From a virus, in the IMG/VR virus record IMGVR_UViG_3300027852_000007: DNA of 59,576 nucleotides; one strand, given 5' to 3'. Below, piece after piece: positions 9,324-19,441 of this stretch. A program made the position numbers and the translations under genes. The notes under the pieces are model-generated. The model saw only the letters and a program-made list of their open reading frames with translations, made no database searches and had not been told where the DNA came from. Within the stretch, counting starts at the first letter, position 1. The number at the start of each line of letters is the position of its first letter.

Positions 9324-9814
9324 AAACTGACGATGACCTGCTGTGCGATAAGTTTGATGCGTCCTTACCCTTCTGGCATGTCAGAGAAAAAAGTGATAAC
9401 AACAGCAATAGCGTTGCCAAGGTGCAGAAGGGTGTTGCCTACAACCGTAAGGATGTGCCGGTAAGAAGTGTGGTGGTGAGCATACGCATGGGTAAAGACC
9501 CTGATGGCGTGCGCTTTACGCTTAACGGTGTACCTTACGGCGCGCTTGGTTGTGTTATTCACCCCAGGGATACAGGGCCGGAAATATACCAACGGGCATT
9601 ACCCAAGGTAGACGGGGAGGAAGCTGATGCTACTGATGCCCTTGCCGCAGCGGATAAATTTTTTTCCTCGGGTGACGGCAAAACGCCAACGGTCTCAGAC
9701 CCCCTGCTGGATGACCCAGCGGAGATGGCACAAGCGCCCGCTCCGATAAAGCCCCGAGCGGCTGCCCGCAAAAGAGCAGCGGCGAAGAGTCGCGTTAGAG
9801 CGACTAAACGCTAA
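9320..9814 (+). CDS. hypothetical virion-module protein with basic C-terminal tail
   Basis: 164 aa, coupled to both neighbours. C-terminus KPRAAARKRAAAKSRVRATKR. Confidence 0.55.
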   Translation: MKTDDDLLCDKFDASLPFWHVREKSDNNSNSVAKVQKGVAYNRKDVPVRSVVVSIRMGKDPDGVRFTLNGVPYGALGCVIHPRDTGPEIYQRALPKVDGEEADATDALAAADKFFSSGDGKTPTVSDPLLDDPAEMAQAPAPIKPRAAARKRAAAKSRVRATKR

Positions 9815-10491
9815 TGACTTTCCTTGAGCTGGTACAGCGTCTGCGTGACCGCAGCAGTGTAGCGGGTACAGGCCCGTCAACCGTGCTGGGCCAGACGGGT
9901 GAGTTGAACCGCCTGGTGGGGTGGATTGTCGAGGCTGACAACGAGATACAGAATAAGTGGTTCGACTGGAAGTTCCTGTGGGACGAGAGCAGTTTTGACA
10001 GCATTGATACGGTGGCGGATTACTCGCTGCCCTTGTTAGCGCACTTCGCCAAGTTTGACCCCGGTTCCGGCAGACACGGGCCGAAGGTGTGGATTGGCGA
10101 CGATCAGCTTAATTTTGTCCCCTGGTCACAGTTTGACAAGGTGCAATATGCGGCGACGGGTCAGCCCTATGACTTCACGGTTAAACCGAACGGCAAGATC
10201 AAGCTGGCACCGACCCCGGATGCGGTCTACACGATAGATTATGAGTATTACAAAAAGCCGGTTTTGCTGACGAATAACGGGGATGTTTCGTTAATCCCTG
10301 AGCGTTTTCACAATGCCATTATTGCCCGCGCATTGATTTTCTACGCCAACTACGACGCGGCGGGTGAGTTGAAAGAGGAGGGTGGCGAGTGGTTATCCTC
10401 TCTGATGATGCAACTGGAAGCGGATCAGTTGCCCAACGCTGACCACTTCCGTTACAGCTCGAACAACGATATTCAGATTGAAGTTCATTGA
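9814..10491 (+). CDS. head-tail adaptor / tail tubular protein A-like (T7 gp11-type position)
   Basis: 225 aa directly before a roughly 680-aa protein, which is the T7-like gp11/gp12 order. The N-terminal pattern ...LNRLVGWIVEADNEIQNKWFDWKFLW resembles gp11-type adaptors. Confidence 0.5.
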   Translation: MTFLELVQRLRDRSSVAGTGPSTVLGQTGELNRLVGWIVEADNEIQNKWFDWKFLWDESSFDSIDTVADYSLPLLAHFAKFDPGSGRHGPKVWIGDDQLNFVPWSQFDKVQYAATGQPYDFTVKPNGKIKLAPTPDAVYTIDYEYYKKPVLLTNNGDVSLIPERFHNAIIARALIFYANYDAAGELKEEGGEWLSSLMMQLEADQLPNADHFRYSSNNDIQIEVH

Positions 10492-10546
10492 GATTGAGTA
10501 AAGCGCAGCCTTAAGGGAAAAAAGGCTGTAGAGACCGCGAGGGAAT

Positions 10547-12598
10547 GTGGTGCGAAAACAGCCAGCGACGGCGAAATACTACCCACTGAAAGGTGGGCTT
10601 GATGTGACCAGCCCTGCTTTGTCGGTAAAGGCGGGTACCCTGCTGGAATGTGTCAATTTTGCCCCCGATTTGACCGGCGGTTATCGCATGACCGGGGTTT
10701 ATGAGCGGCTTGATGGCCAGCCTCGCCCCAGTGATGCCGCCTACACACTGATGGCTGTTGCCGATACCAGCACCTTTACCGTAGGCGGTACCATTACCGG
10801 CGGTACCAGTGGTGCGACCGCTGTGGTTGCGGCGATCAACGCCACCGATAGTCAGTTAATTTACACCAAACTTGCGGTCTCGACCTTTGTTAACGGTGAG
10901 ACGGTGGGCGCAAGTACCATCACCAGTATTGAACAATCCCCCGACACGCCGACGGAAAGCGCAACCTACTTGTTGGCCGCAGGGGATCAGTATCGCAGTG
11001 ATATTGCGGCGGTACCCGGTTCCGGCCCCATTCGGGGCATCTGGCAGCACGAAGCTGCGACCTATGCCTTTCGGGATAACGCCGGTGGTACGGCGGTCGA
11101 TGTGTACAAGGCCTCTGCTGCTGGCTGGGCACAAATCACCCTTAGCACTCACACGGTTCGCTATGATGCAGGCAGCATTGCCTTTGCCGAAGGCGATACT
11201 GTCACGGGCCTGAGCAGTAGTGCCACGGGCACGGTGCACCGCGTGGTTATCCACGGTGGCTCAACGGTGGGCACAGACGAGTACGGCTACCTGGTTTTGA
11301 CCAGTGTCACGGGCACCTTTACCGATAACGAAGCCTTGCAGGTTAGCGCTGTGACCAACGCGACAGCGGATGGTGCGAGTGTGGCCTTCAGTTTTCTACC
11401 CGGTGGTCGTTTTGATTTTCGTTCGTATAACTTCCTCGCCACCGCAACGACCTATTATTTTTACGGCTGCGATGGGGTCAATCCGGCCTTTGAAGTCGAT
11501 AACAACGATGTTTTCAGCCCGGTGCTCATGTCCACGTTGGCAGGGGCACCAACAGGCAACACGCCCCACTTGATTGAGATTCACCGAGGCCACCTCTTCC
11601 TGGCTTTCCCCAACGGTATTATTCAACACTCGACACCGGGTGATGCCCTGTCTTTTTCAGGGGTGCTGGGGGCGGCAGAGTTCGGCATGGGAGCCGAGAT
11701 TACGGGCATGTTCAGTGTCGCGGGCGGTGTGTTGATGCTCTGGACGCGACGTAACACCAAAGGTTTATACGGCACCAATGTCACCGACTGGTCACTGCGC
11801 CCTGTTTCGGATGATACCGGCGCGGTGCTTTGGGGTGCGGTGCCGATTGGTCGCATTTATGCCTGGGATGATCAGGGTATCGTGCGCCTTGACCGGGTGC
11901 AGGCCTTTGGTGATTTTCAGGGGGCGACGATCTCCACGGCGATACAGTCCAAACTTGCGCCAAATATTAACAGTCTGGTCGCCAGTGTGCTCTACCGGGA
12001 GAAAAACCAGTTTTGGTATGTGCTCGATACCGGCGATGTTCTGTTTGTGCACATTAACCAGCAAGGTAACGCCGAGTTCGGCTGGGGCTTACTGCCTTTC
12101 AAACCTAACGTAGCTTATAACGCACCGGATGAAACGGGCACAGAACGCCTGCTTATCGGCGGTGACGATGGTTTCGTTTATGAAATGAACAAGGGCACGT
12201 CACACGATGGCGAACCGATGTTGTGGGCTTTTCGCACCACCTACAACCACTTTGGTTCACCACGGATGCGCAAGGCCTTCCGTTACATGGGCGTGGAGAT
12301 AGATTGTGACGCCCTGGCGGAGTTCTTTATCGCCCTCAATTACGATTATTCCAACAGTTACGCACCCGGTACGCAGGATCAGGATGTCGCCGTTATCGGC
12401 GGTGAAGGCCTGTGGAACACGGTGCTGTGGAACCAGTTTTTATGGTCAGCCCAGTCGGTACCCGACGCGGATATTGCCATTGAGGGTACCGGGGTGAATA
12501 TGGAAATAATCGTCCATAACACCACCAACCTGGTCGCTCCCTTCACTGTGCAGGGTTTTATGGTACATTTTATTAATCGGCGATTGCATAGGACTTAA
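10547..12598 (+). CDS. tail nozzle / tail tubular protein B-like
   Basis: 683 aa and beta-rich, following the adaptor-like gene. Called from size and position only. Confidence 0.5.
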   Translation: MVRKQPATAKYYPLKGGLDVTSPALSVKAGTLLECVNFAPDLTGGYRMTGVYERLDGQPRPSDAAYTLMAVADTSTFTVGGTITGGTSGATAVVAAINATDSQLIYTKLAVSTFVNGETVGASTITSIEQSPDTPTESATYLLAAGDQYRSDIAAVPGSGPIRGIWQHEAATYAFRDNAGGTAVDVYKASAAGWAQITLSTHTVRYDAGSIAFAEGDTVTGLSSSATGTVHRVVIHGGSTVGTDEYGYLVLTSVTGTFTDNEALQVSAVTNATADGASVAFSFLPGGRFDFRSYNFLATATTYYFYGCDGVNPAFEVDNNDVFSPVLMSTLAGAPTGNTPHLIEIHRGHLFLAFPNGIIQHSTPGDALSFSGVLGAAEFGMGAEITGMFSVAGGVLMLWTRRNTKGLYGTNVTDWSLRPVSDDTGAVLWGAVPIGRIYAWDDQGIVRLDRVQAFGDFQGATISTAIQSKLAPNINSLVASVLYREKNQFWYVLDTGDVLFVHINQQGNAEFGWGLLPFKPNVAYNAPDETGTERLLIGGDDGFVYEMNKGTSHDGEPMLWAFRTTYNHFGSPRMRKAFRYMGVEIDCDALAEFFIALNYDYSNSYAPGTQDQDVAVIGGEGLWNTVLWNQFLWSAQSVPDADIAIEGTGVNMEIIVHNTTNLVAPFTVQGFMVHFINRRLHRT

Positions 12599-12615
12599 TT
12601 GATGACGGGGAAAAA

Positions 12616-12840
12616 ATGGGTAGTGATATTTGTTTTTTAATAACTGTTTTATACGGAGATACATTAATCCGGTGTGCCCTAAAAGTGAACCGCGACAAAA
12701 TCGGTGGCGATGTTGCAGACTTTCCGATGGAGCCAGAGAACCGAGAAAAGTTGCATGCGCTACTACCATTGCATGTACAGAATTGTGGGCCGATTGTTGA
12801 TGTAGACCGTTCATTGTTTGAGATTCACTCGTACACATAA
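12616..12840 (+). CDS. hypothetical small protein in a lower-GC intergenic island
   Basis: 74-aa ORF in the 300-bp gap between the nozzle and fibre genes. Overlapped by an antisense ORF. Coding status uncertain. Confidence 0.3.
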   Translation: MGSDICFLITVLYGDTLIRCALKVNRDKIGGDVADFPMEPENREKLHALLPLHVQNCGPIVDVDRSLFEIHSYT

Positions 12841-12898
12841 CAGCACGCTTTAAGGGAACAATTCCCATATAACAGCATACCCAAGGAAGGGTTTTCGG

Positions 12899-13681
12899 AT
12901 GGCCAACGATTATTACACACGAAGTAAAAGCTTCTCACAGGGCACCACCGCCAAAGGTGAGGACGTTCGCGCCGAATTAGATGCTGTTGTGACCGGGCTT
13001 GACAAGATGCCCGACGAAGATCAGATGGTCAGCGGTAACCTGAACTTTGTCGTTGCTGCGGGTACAGGCAATGCACTGGTTGTGACCTCACCGACTAAGG
13101 CACTGACAAGCTACACCGGGGCCGATGGCTACAAGCTGTCGGTGAAGATTACTGCGGCCAACACCGGGGCGGTAACGCTCGACCTTGACAGCCTGGGCGC
13201 GAAATCGGTGGTTGGTGTCGATGGTTCGGCGATGATTACTGGCTCACTGGTGCTCAGTGGTATTTACGACCTGTTCTACAGTGAAACGCTGGATAAGTGG
13301 CTGGCCTCCGGTACGACCTCGACCTTGCGCGTCATACAAATGGCTTGCTCGGATGAGACCAGCGACCTGACCATAGGGGAGGGTAAAGTGACCTTCCGTA
13401 TGCCCCATGCCATGACCTTGATAACAGCGCGATGCTCAGTGACAACGGCACCGACAGGTTCGACGATTGAAGTCGATGTCAACGAGTCGGGCGTTTCCGT
13501 TTTTTCTACGGTGATGAGTATCGACGCGACGGAGAAGACCTCAACCACAGCGACGACACCAGCGGTATTCAGCGATTTGGCACTGGCCAATGATGCGGAG
13601 ATGCGGGTTGATATAGATCAAGTGGGATCGACGGTGGCCGGGGCTGGGCTGAAAGTTACCTTATTGGGCTATATCGCGTGA
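12899..13681 (+). CDS. tail fibre-like protein
   Basis: N-terminus MANDYYTRSKSFSQGTTAKGEDVRAELDAVVTGLDKMPDED is the usual phage fibre N-terminal pattern. The C-terminal half is beta-rich. Confidence 0.6.
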   Translation: MANDYYTRSKSFSQGTTAKGEDVRAELDAVVTGLDKMPDEDQMVSGNLNFVVAAGTGNALVVTSPTKALTSYTGADGYKLSVKITAANTGAVTLDLDSLGAKSVVGVDGSAMITGSLVLSGIYDLFYSETLDKWLASGTTSTLRVIQMACSDETSDLTIGEGKVTFRMPHAMTLITARCSVTTAPTGSTIEVDVNESGVSVFSTVMSIDATEKTSTTATTPAVFSDLALANDAEMRVDIDQVGSTVAGAGLKVTLLGYIA

Positions 13682-13691
13682 GGAGAACAGC

Positions 13692-14792
13692 GTGACTTTC
13701 ACTATCGACCCCTACCGTTTTACCCCGCCATCAGAGGGTAAGCGTCTGTTTATGTGGGGCTATAACGACGATGGTGGAATAGGCGACGGTACGATAATAC
13801 AAAAGGACTCGCCGGTACAAATAGGCACGGCGGAATGGACACACCTCTCCGTAGGTGTTTCCACCACAATGGCACGCAAAACTGATGGCACACTCTGGAT
13901 GTGGGGTTATGGTGAGTCTGGTGAGTTGGGCCAGGGTAATTATGATTCATCTTTAATTCCTTTGCAGGTCGGTACGGATACCGACTGGTCAGGCAGCTTT
14001 TCAGCAGGAATTGCCCATTCACTCGCAATTAAAACTGATGGCACACTTTGGGCCTGGGGGTACGGCGCTGAGGGGGCTTTGGGTACAGGGGGTATTGGTG
14101 ACGAACTTAGCCCGGTACAGGTGGGGGTCTGGACGGACTGGACAGCGGTATCAGCGGGGGATTTTTACTCGCTGGGCGTTCGTAGTACCAGCACCCTGTG
14201 GAGCTGGGGGACGAATTATCAGGGGGCATTAGGACAGGGAGCAACCGATGTTTTGCTGTCACCGACACAGGTGGGCGTCAGCACCGGCTGGTCAAACGCC
14301 ATCTATGCGGGGGAGAGCGCCGCAGCGGGCATACGCAACACGGGTCACGCTTACCTTTGGGGGAGCGCGGTACAGTATGAAACCTTCTATTGGCAAACCA
14401 CAGTGCCGACACTATTAGACGCCGACAATGACCATGTGTTTGTCTGTGCCGGTAGCAAGAATTTTCACATTGTCAGAACCGTCGGCTCACTGTGGGCCTT
14501 TGGTTATAACCATGTCGGGCAGCTTGGCAATGGTTCAACGACGCATAAAGAAGTTCCCCCGGAGCGAATCGGTTTTGATTTTGACTGGACGGGGACATTT
14601 TCAGGCAAGGCGGAATCCACCCTCGCACTGCGCGACGATGGCACGATATGGGGCTGGGGCAGCGGCACATTAGGGCAGATAGGCGACGGGGCGGCAACAG
14701 ATCGACTGTCTCCCGTGCAGGTCGGCAGCGCGACGGACTGGACGTATGTTACCTGTGGTTTTTACACCAGTGGAGGCTTGCGACTGGCTTAG
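13692..14792 (+). CDS. RCC1-repeat beta-propeller protein
   Basis: About seven repeats of roughly 50 aa with the RCC1 signature (DGTLWMWGYGESGELGQGN, DGTLWAWGYGAEGALGTGG, STLWSWGTNYQGALGQG, GSLWAFGYNHVGQLGNGS, DGTIWGWGSGTLGQIGDG). Confidence 0.8.
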   Translation: MTFTIDPYRFTPPSEGKRLFMWGYNDDGGIGDGTIIQKDSPVQIGTAEWTHLSVGVSTTMARKTDGTLWMWGYGESGELGQGNYDSSLIPLQVGTDTDWSGSFSAGIAHSLAIKTDGTLWAWGYGAEGALGTGGIGDELSPVQVGVWTDWTAVSAGDFYSLGVRSTSTLWSWGTNYQGALGQGATDVLLSPTQVGVSTGWSNAIYAGESAAAGIRNTGHAYLWGSAVQYETFYWQTTVPTLLDADNDHVFVCAGSKNFHIVRTVGSLWAFGYNHVGQLGNGSTTHKEVPPERIGFDFDWTGTFSGKAESTLALRDDGTIWGWGSGTLGQIGDGAATDRLSPVQVGSATDWTYVTCGFYTSGGLRLA

Positions 14793-14836
14793 CTATTCAT
14801 TGCAGGAACGATTGAAGGAACAATTGAGGAATAAAA

Positions 14837-16117
14837 GTGGGAGCACTACAGAACGCATACAGCGACATCACTCAGAAGAGCGCATACAACCCGCCCACTG
14901 AGTATCAGCCGCCCGCGCCAGTGGCAACGGGTGGTACCAACCCTTACGGGGTGCCTGACGATTATCAGTCGGCTGAGTCACAGGCGGAGCGCTATGATTA
15001 CGGTTTGAACACAGCGGGGGATACCGGCGGTGGCATGACGGGTACACCGTACAGCACGACAAGCAGCGATAGCGACTTCCTCAACAATGTTTACCTCAAT
15101 GAGACGGGGCGAACGGCGGATACGGCGGGGCAGCAATACTGGTCGGATCAGATGGCCGCTGGTATGAGCCGAGATGATGTGATTGCCGGTTTTAATGCGT
15201 CAGCAGAGGGAAAGGGTTATGACGCTTATCAGGCTTCGCAGCCGCCCCCGGAAACACCAACGGCACCAACGCGGGATGTCGCCCTTACTGGGGCGTCAGC
15301 AACGGGTTATGAGCCTGTAGCGGCGACACCAGCGGCAACGGCTCCGGTGACGGCGGCGACCGCACCAGGACAGGCAGCGACGACGGGGTATCAGGCCACA
15401 GGTCAGCAAATTGGCCCTGACTCTCTGTCGGTAAACCAGCTTAACAAGATGACGGCGACGGATTCTGACTACATGCAGCAGGCGCGGTTGGCCGGTATGC
15501 AGTATGCCAATTCGCGGGGTCTGAAGAATTCCAGCATCGGTGCGGGTGCAGCACAGGCGGAGGCGATTAAGGCCGCCGCGCCCTTTGCCTTACAGGATGC
15601 AGCGGGGTACCTGACGGCGGGACGGGATCTGGCCAATGCGGAAAACCGGGCCTCAGAGTTCGGTGCTTCGGCAGAGAATGTGGCGGCTTTGCAGGATGCG
15701 GGGCAGCAGGCCGATATTAGCAAGTTCAACGCCAGTGCACAGAACCTGGTGGAGAACCAGCAGACAGCGGCAAGCAATCAGATGGCGCTGGCTAATGCTA
15801 CGGCGATCAATAATGCCGGACAGTTTTATGCTGGTGCGCAGAACACCGCGTCGATACAAAATGCTAACAATGAGCTGTCGGTGGCCCTGAAGCAGATGGG
15901 CGATGACCTGGCCACTTACCAAACGGATCAGCAGCGAGCGGCGGCTATGGATAACATCGCCTACAACCTGACCAACATGGCCATGACTAACGGGGTGTTT
16001 AACAATCCTGACACTATGGTGGGCTTCTTTAACACCGTTTCAGGTATCTTTCCTGAGCTGGGTATACAGGTGGTTACGGACATGGCTGATACCATCCCCG
16101 CGAGTGAGATTATCTGA
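14837..16117 (+). CDS. DUF4214 domain-containing virion protein
   Basis: FLNNVYLNETGRTADTAGQQYWSDQMAAGMSRDDVIAGFNASAEG matches the DUF4214 pattern. The rest is A/Q/N/T-rich and low-complexity. Confidence 0.6.
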   Translation: MGALQNAYSDITQKSAYNPPTEYQPPAPVATGGTNPYGVPDDYQSAESQAERYDYGLNTAGDTGGGMTGTPYSTTSSDSDFLNNVYLNETGRTADTAGQQYWSDQMAAGMSRDDVIAGFNASAEGKGYDAYQASQPPPETPTAPTRDVALTGASATGYEPVAATPAATAPVTAATAPGQAATTGYQATGQQIGPDSLSVNQLNKMTATDSDYMQQARLAGMQYANSRGLKNSSIGAGAAQAEAIKAAAPFALQDAAGYLTAGRDLANAENRASEFGASAENVAALQDAGQQADISKFNASAQNLVENQQTAASNQMALANATAINNAGQFYAGAQNTASIQNANNELSVALKQMGDDLATYQTDQQRAAAMDNIAYNLTNMAMTNGVFNNPDTMVGFFNTVSGIFPELGIQVVTDMADTIPASEII

Positions 16118-17634
16118 TGGTCACGCGAGTGATTGACCCGAATACGGCTTTTCCCACCATACAGCCTTCGGCGCAGCCAGCACCGGGGATGCTCACGCAG
16201 GGTGCGGATATTCAGGCTTCACAACAGACCTCGCAGCACCCTTCACAGCAGCAGTCTGTGAGTGGGCCGAGTGCGATGGACGACCTGAAATACGTTACCT
16301 ACAAGTCGGGTACAGCGCAGGGTGGGTTTACCGGCACAGGCATCGCTGAGGGTTATAACAAGATTTATGATTTTGCTACCGGCTGGGACGCGACGGCTGT
16401 ACCGGGCACTAACCTGGCCACGGGCACAACATCGTCGGGCACCTTCGGCGGTAGCAATGTCGGTAATGTCGCCTATGGTTACGCGGGTGGCAAGCTGGCC
16501 AACGAGCTGTTTGACAACAAGGGTTACTCCGACATTGGTGGGACGCTAGGTGCCAGCCTGGGTGCTTCGGCAGCCGTAGGCGGCAGTGCTGCGGGTGCGG
16601 CTATGTCTACCCTGGGTTGGGCAGCGGGGCCGGTGGGCGCAATAGCAGGGGCCGTATTAGGTGCAGCACTGGGTTCGATGATGGGCGGGGCTGAAGAGGA
16701 TTTTCGCTTTCGCACCTACTCTGGTGAACTGGGTGACTATTCGGATTTGAATAAGAACCAGATGGCGGAACAGGCAAGTGACTGGGCGTCTATTGGTTCA
16801 AGGCAGGGTGAGGCTTACGACCGCTGGATGGGTGGCGACTACAGCACCAACACCAGTTCCGCTTACAAGTGGCTGAAAGAGGGTAACACCTTCGCTATTG
16901 GCGATGCCGTACAGCTTCACAGTGAGGGTAATCTGGTCGATACCTCGGGCAACCTCGGCAAGCTGCTGAAAAAAACCGACCTCTACAAAAGCCTTGATCC
17001 ACAGCGTTCAATTCTTGAAAAAGATTACGCCAGTTTCGATGGCCCCTTTGGCAAGTACACGGTGGGGCATGTCGATGATATACCCGGTCGCACTAAGTTC
17101 GCTCAGTCCTGGGTGGATGCCATCGGTCAGCTCGATGCGGCGGCAGCCAGTGTACTGACACCTGAGCAGATTGCTCTAAGCAAGGAAGGGCTGAAGGGCT
17201 CGATACAGGGTACGCCTGATTTCAAAGGCACGTCAGGTCAGAATTACGCCACGGACGCCATGATTATTGACCGTTACGCGGTTATTTTCGAGCTGGCGGG
17301 ACGCGACGACCTGGCTCAACAACTGACTACCGGCATGGATCGGTCGATAAGCGCTATGGCGGAGCGAGAGGGCGAAATGCCCCGCGCCATTGAGGTCTTG
17401 AGCGATGTGCTGAAAGCAGAGACAGGTGTGGGATCAAGTCCGACCCCTGTGGTGACCAAGCCCAGTGTGCAGAGGCCAGCAGGTGGGTCTTTACAGCGTG
17501 GACAGCAGGCCGTCTCTCAAGCGAGACCGCAAACTAATTACACCCTATCCCGTCCAGAATCGACCGTTAACCCGGCGATGACGGCAACAACACAGCCTGT
17601 TACAGAGGCGCAGCAACTGAGGGAGAATACATAA
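16117..17634 (+). CDS. internal virion protein candidate (Gly/Ala-rich hydrophobic segment)
   Basis: 505 aa with GGTLGASLGASAAVGGSAAGAAMSTLGWAAGPVGAIAGAVLGAALGSMMGG. Lies in the T7 gp14-16-like position. Confidence 0.45.
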   Translation: MVTRVIDPNTAFPTIQPSAQPAPGMLTQGADIQASQQTSQHPSQQQSVSGPSAMDDLKYVTYKSGTAQGGFTGTGIAEGYNKIYDFATGWDATAVPGTNLATGTTSSGTFGGSNVGNVAYGYAGGKLANELFDNKGYSDIGGTLGASLGASAAVGGSAAGAAMSTLGWAAGPVGAIAGAVLGAALGSMMGGAEEDFRFRTYSGELGDYSDLNKNQMAEQASDWASIGSRQGEAYDRWMGGDYSTNTSSAYKWLKEGNTFAIGDAVQLHSEGNLVDTSGNLGKLLKKTDLYKSLDPQRSILEKDYASFDGPFGKYTVGHVDDIPGRTKFAQSWVDAIGQLDAAAASVLTPEQIALSKEGLKGSIQGTPDFKGTSGQNYATDAMIIDRYAVIFELAGRDDLAQQLTTGMDRSISAMAEREGEMPRAIEVLSDVLKAETGVGSSPTPVVTKPSVQRPAGGSLQRGQQAVSQARPQTNYTLSRPESTVNPAMTATTQPVTEAQQLRENT

Positions 17635-18336
17635 ATGGCGTGGTACACAGGCATTACAAATTTTGTCGCACAGGACTTGCCCACCATGATGGACGCCAGT
17701 TACGCGGGCATTAAGTTGGGCGATATTGTCAACGGCGCGTTGGTGGGTGGTTTGAGCACTAAGCTGGCCGGTGGTGATGTGCTCAAGGGGGCAGCTTTTG
17801 GTGCCGTCGGCGGCGCAGTGGCGAACCAGGATGAAAGTATTTTTGGTAGTTATGCCAATGAACTCGGTGGCGCGGTTACCGGCTACGGGGTGGCGGATGC
17901 CAGCGACCTTAATGGTTTGCTAGGTGCCGGGGCAGGAGCCTTGACCGCCCGACTAGGTGAGGCTTACGGAGAAGGCGATGAAGTGGTCAAAGCGGCAGAG
18001 GGTGGTACTAATGGTGCAGATAAAGGTGCTGGTGGCGATTCTGGTGACATGGATATGTCTGGTGCTGGTGTGTCGGGGGATAAAGGCGTGGGCGGCTGGT
18101 TATCGCAATATGGCCTGCAAACCGAAGACGGCGATGGCACCCTACTGGGCAAGGCGCTGGTGGGTGGGGTCGCACAGTACGCCGCCAGTAAAGAGGCGGA
18201 AGAGTCTGAAGAGCGACAGGCAAAAATAATAGAGCACGCCGCCAGAAATAAGGCAGAGCTGGATGAGGAATTTGATCAGCGCAACCTGGGCGCGTTTACT
18301 GCTAAAAATATACCGATGATTGTGCGGAATCAGTGA
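17635..18336 (+). CDS. Gly-rich (glycine-zipper-like) virion or membrane protein
   Basis: 233 aa with GALVGGLSTKLAGGDVLKGAAFGAVGGAVA. ATG immediately follows the previous stop. Confidence 0.45.
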   Translation: MAWYTGITNFVAQDLPTMMDASYAGIKLGDIVNGALVGGLSTKLAGGDVLKGAAFGAVGGAVANQDESIFGSYANELGGAVTGYGVADASDLNGLLGAGAGALTARLGEAYGEGDEVVKAAEGGTNGADKGAGGDSGDMDMSGAGVSGDKGVGGWLSQYGLQTEDGDGTLLGKALVGGVAQYAASKEAEESEERQAKIIEHAARNKAELDEEFDQRNLGAFTAKNIPMIVRNQ

Positions 18337-18959
18337 CGGAGCAGCCAATGGAAGGCACGGAAGAGGCGACAAACAAGGCACCGCAAACGGTGGAAACCGA
18401 AGAGGCTGGGCCTGAAATTAACGATTTAATGGATCGTATTGTGACCAACGCGATGAACATTATCGGCGGTAGTCAGGGGGCCAGTCTGCGTAAGCTGATG
18501 GCGGAATCGAAGAGTGCGGGTGAGGGTCTGGCGAATGGTTTGACCTTCCTCTTACAGGCGGTGCTGGGTGGTTTACAGAAAAAGGGTATAACCATCCCCC
18601 CTGAGCTAGTTGTCAGTGAGAATGGCGTGGCATCGCAGTTAACCCAATTGCTGATGGTGGTGATGGCGTCCATGAACAAGGACATTACCCCTCGGGAAGT
18701 GGAACAGGCAATGATGGTGGGGATTGAGAATTTCGCCACTAAACAGCGACGAGATGCCCAAGGCCCACAGCAACAGGGAGGCCCACCACAGGGTATGCCG
18801 CCGCAGGGAGGCCAACCTCAAGGGGCACCACCGCCGCAGGGTATGCCACCACAGGGTGCACCGCCGCAGGGAGCGCCGCCACCACAGGGCGGTATGTTGG
18901 CACAGGGTGCAGGCGCGCAGGGAATGCCGCCTCAACCGCCTCAACCGCAGAGGGTTTGA
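18333..18959 (+). CDS. hypothetical protein with C-terminal PQG-repeat tail
   Basis: 208 aa. The C-terminus is QGGPPQGMPPQGGQPQGAPPPQGMPPQGAPPQGAPPPQGG (imperfect DNA repeats at about 18775-18950). Confidence 0.55.
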   Translation: MTEQPMEGTEEATNKAPQTVETEEAGPEINDLMDRIVTNAMNIIGGSQGASLRKLMAESKSAGEGLANGLTFLLQAVLGGLQKKGITIPPELVVSENGVASQLTQLLMVVMASMNKDITPREVEQAMMVGIENFATKQRRDAQGPQQQGGPPQGMPPQGGQPQGAPPPQGMPPQGAPPQGAPPPQGGMLAQGAGAQGMPPQPPQPQRV

Positions 18960-19429
18960 TAGTGAAAAATTTTATTGGAACAAAGATGGTTTCTTCAACA
19001 CCTATGAGCCGGGGAGAATACAACGACTATAGATGCTGGGATCTCCCTGAGAACGAGGATGGCAGTGATGATGGTTATCTTGTTGAGTATCTCGACGGCG
19101 GCAAACCAAATCACGAATGTCACGAGGGTTATATAAGCTGGTCACCTAAGGAACAGTTTGAAAATGCGTACCGAACCAGCGGTGAGCTGACTTTTGGTGA
19201 TGCTATTTTTCTGATGAAAAAGGGCTCGAAAGTCAGACGCAAGGGTTGGAATGGGAAAGGCATTTTTATCGCCATTCAAACACCTGACGCACACAGTAAT
19301 ATGACCAGCCCTTATATTTATATTGACACAACAGGTCTACAGACGGACAACCTCGATGCACCGAAAACCCGTGTCCCATGGCTGGCGTCTCAAACCGATA
19401 TGATGGCAGAAGATTACGTCGTCATCTAA
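18956..19429 (+). CDS. DUF2829 (Tad2-family) domain protein with an N-terminal phage-specific domain
   Basis: The C-terminal half is LTFGDAIFLMKKGSKVRRKGWNGKGIFIAIQ...PYIYIDT...VPWLASQTDMMAEDYVVI, which matches the DUF2829 pattern. Start is TTG 18956 or GTG 18962. Confidence 0.7.
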   Translation: MIVKNFIGTKMVSSTPMSRGEYNDYRCWDLPENEDGSDDGYLVEYLDGGKPNHECHEGYISWSPKEQFENAYRTSGELTFGDAIFLMKKGSKVRRKGWNGKGIFIAIQTPDAHSNMTSPYIYIDTTGLQTDNLDAPKTRVPWLASQTDMMAEDYVVI

Positions 19430-19441
19430 AAGGAGTAAATC

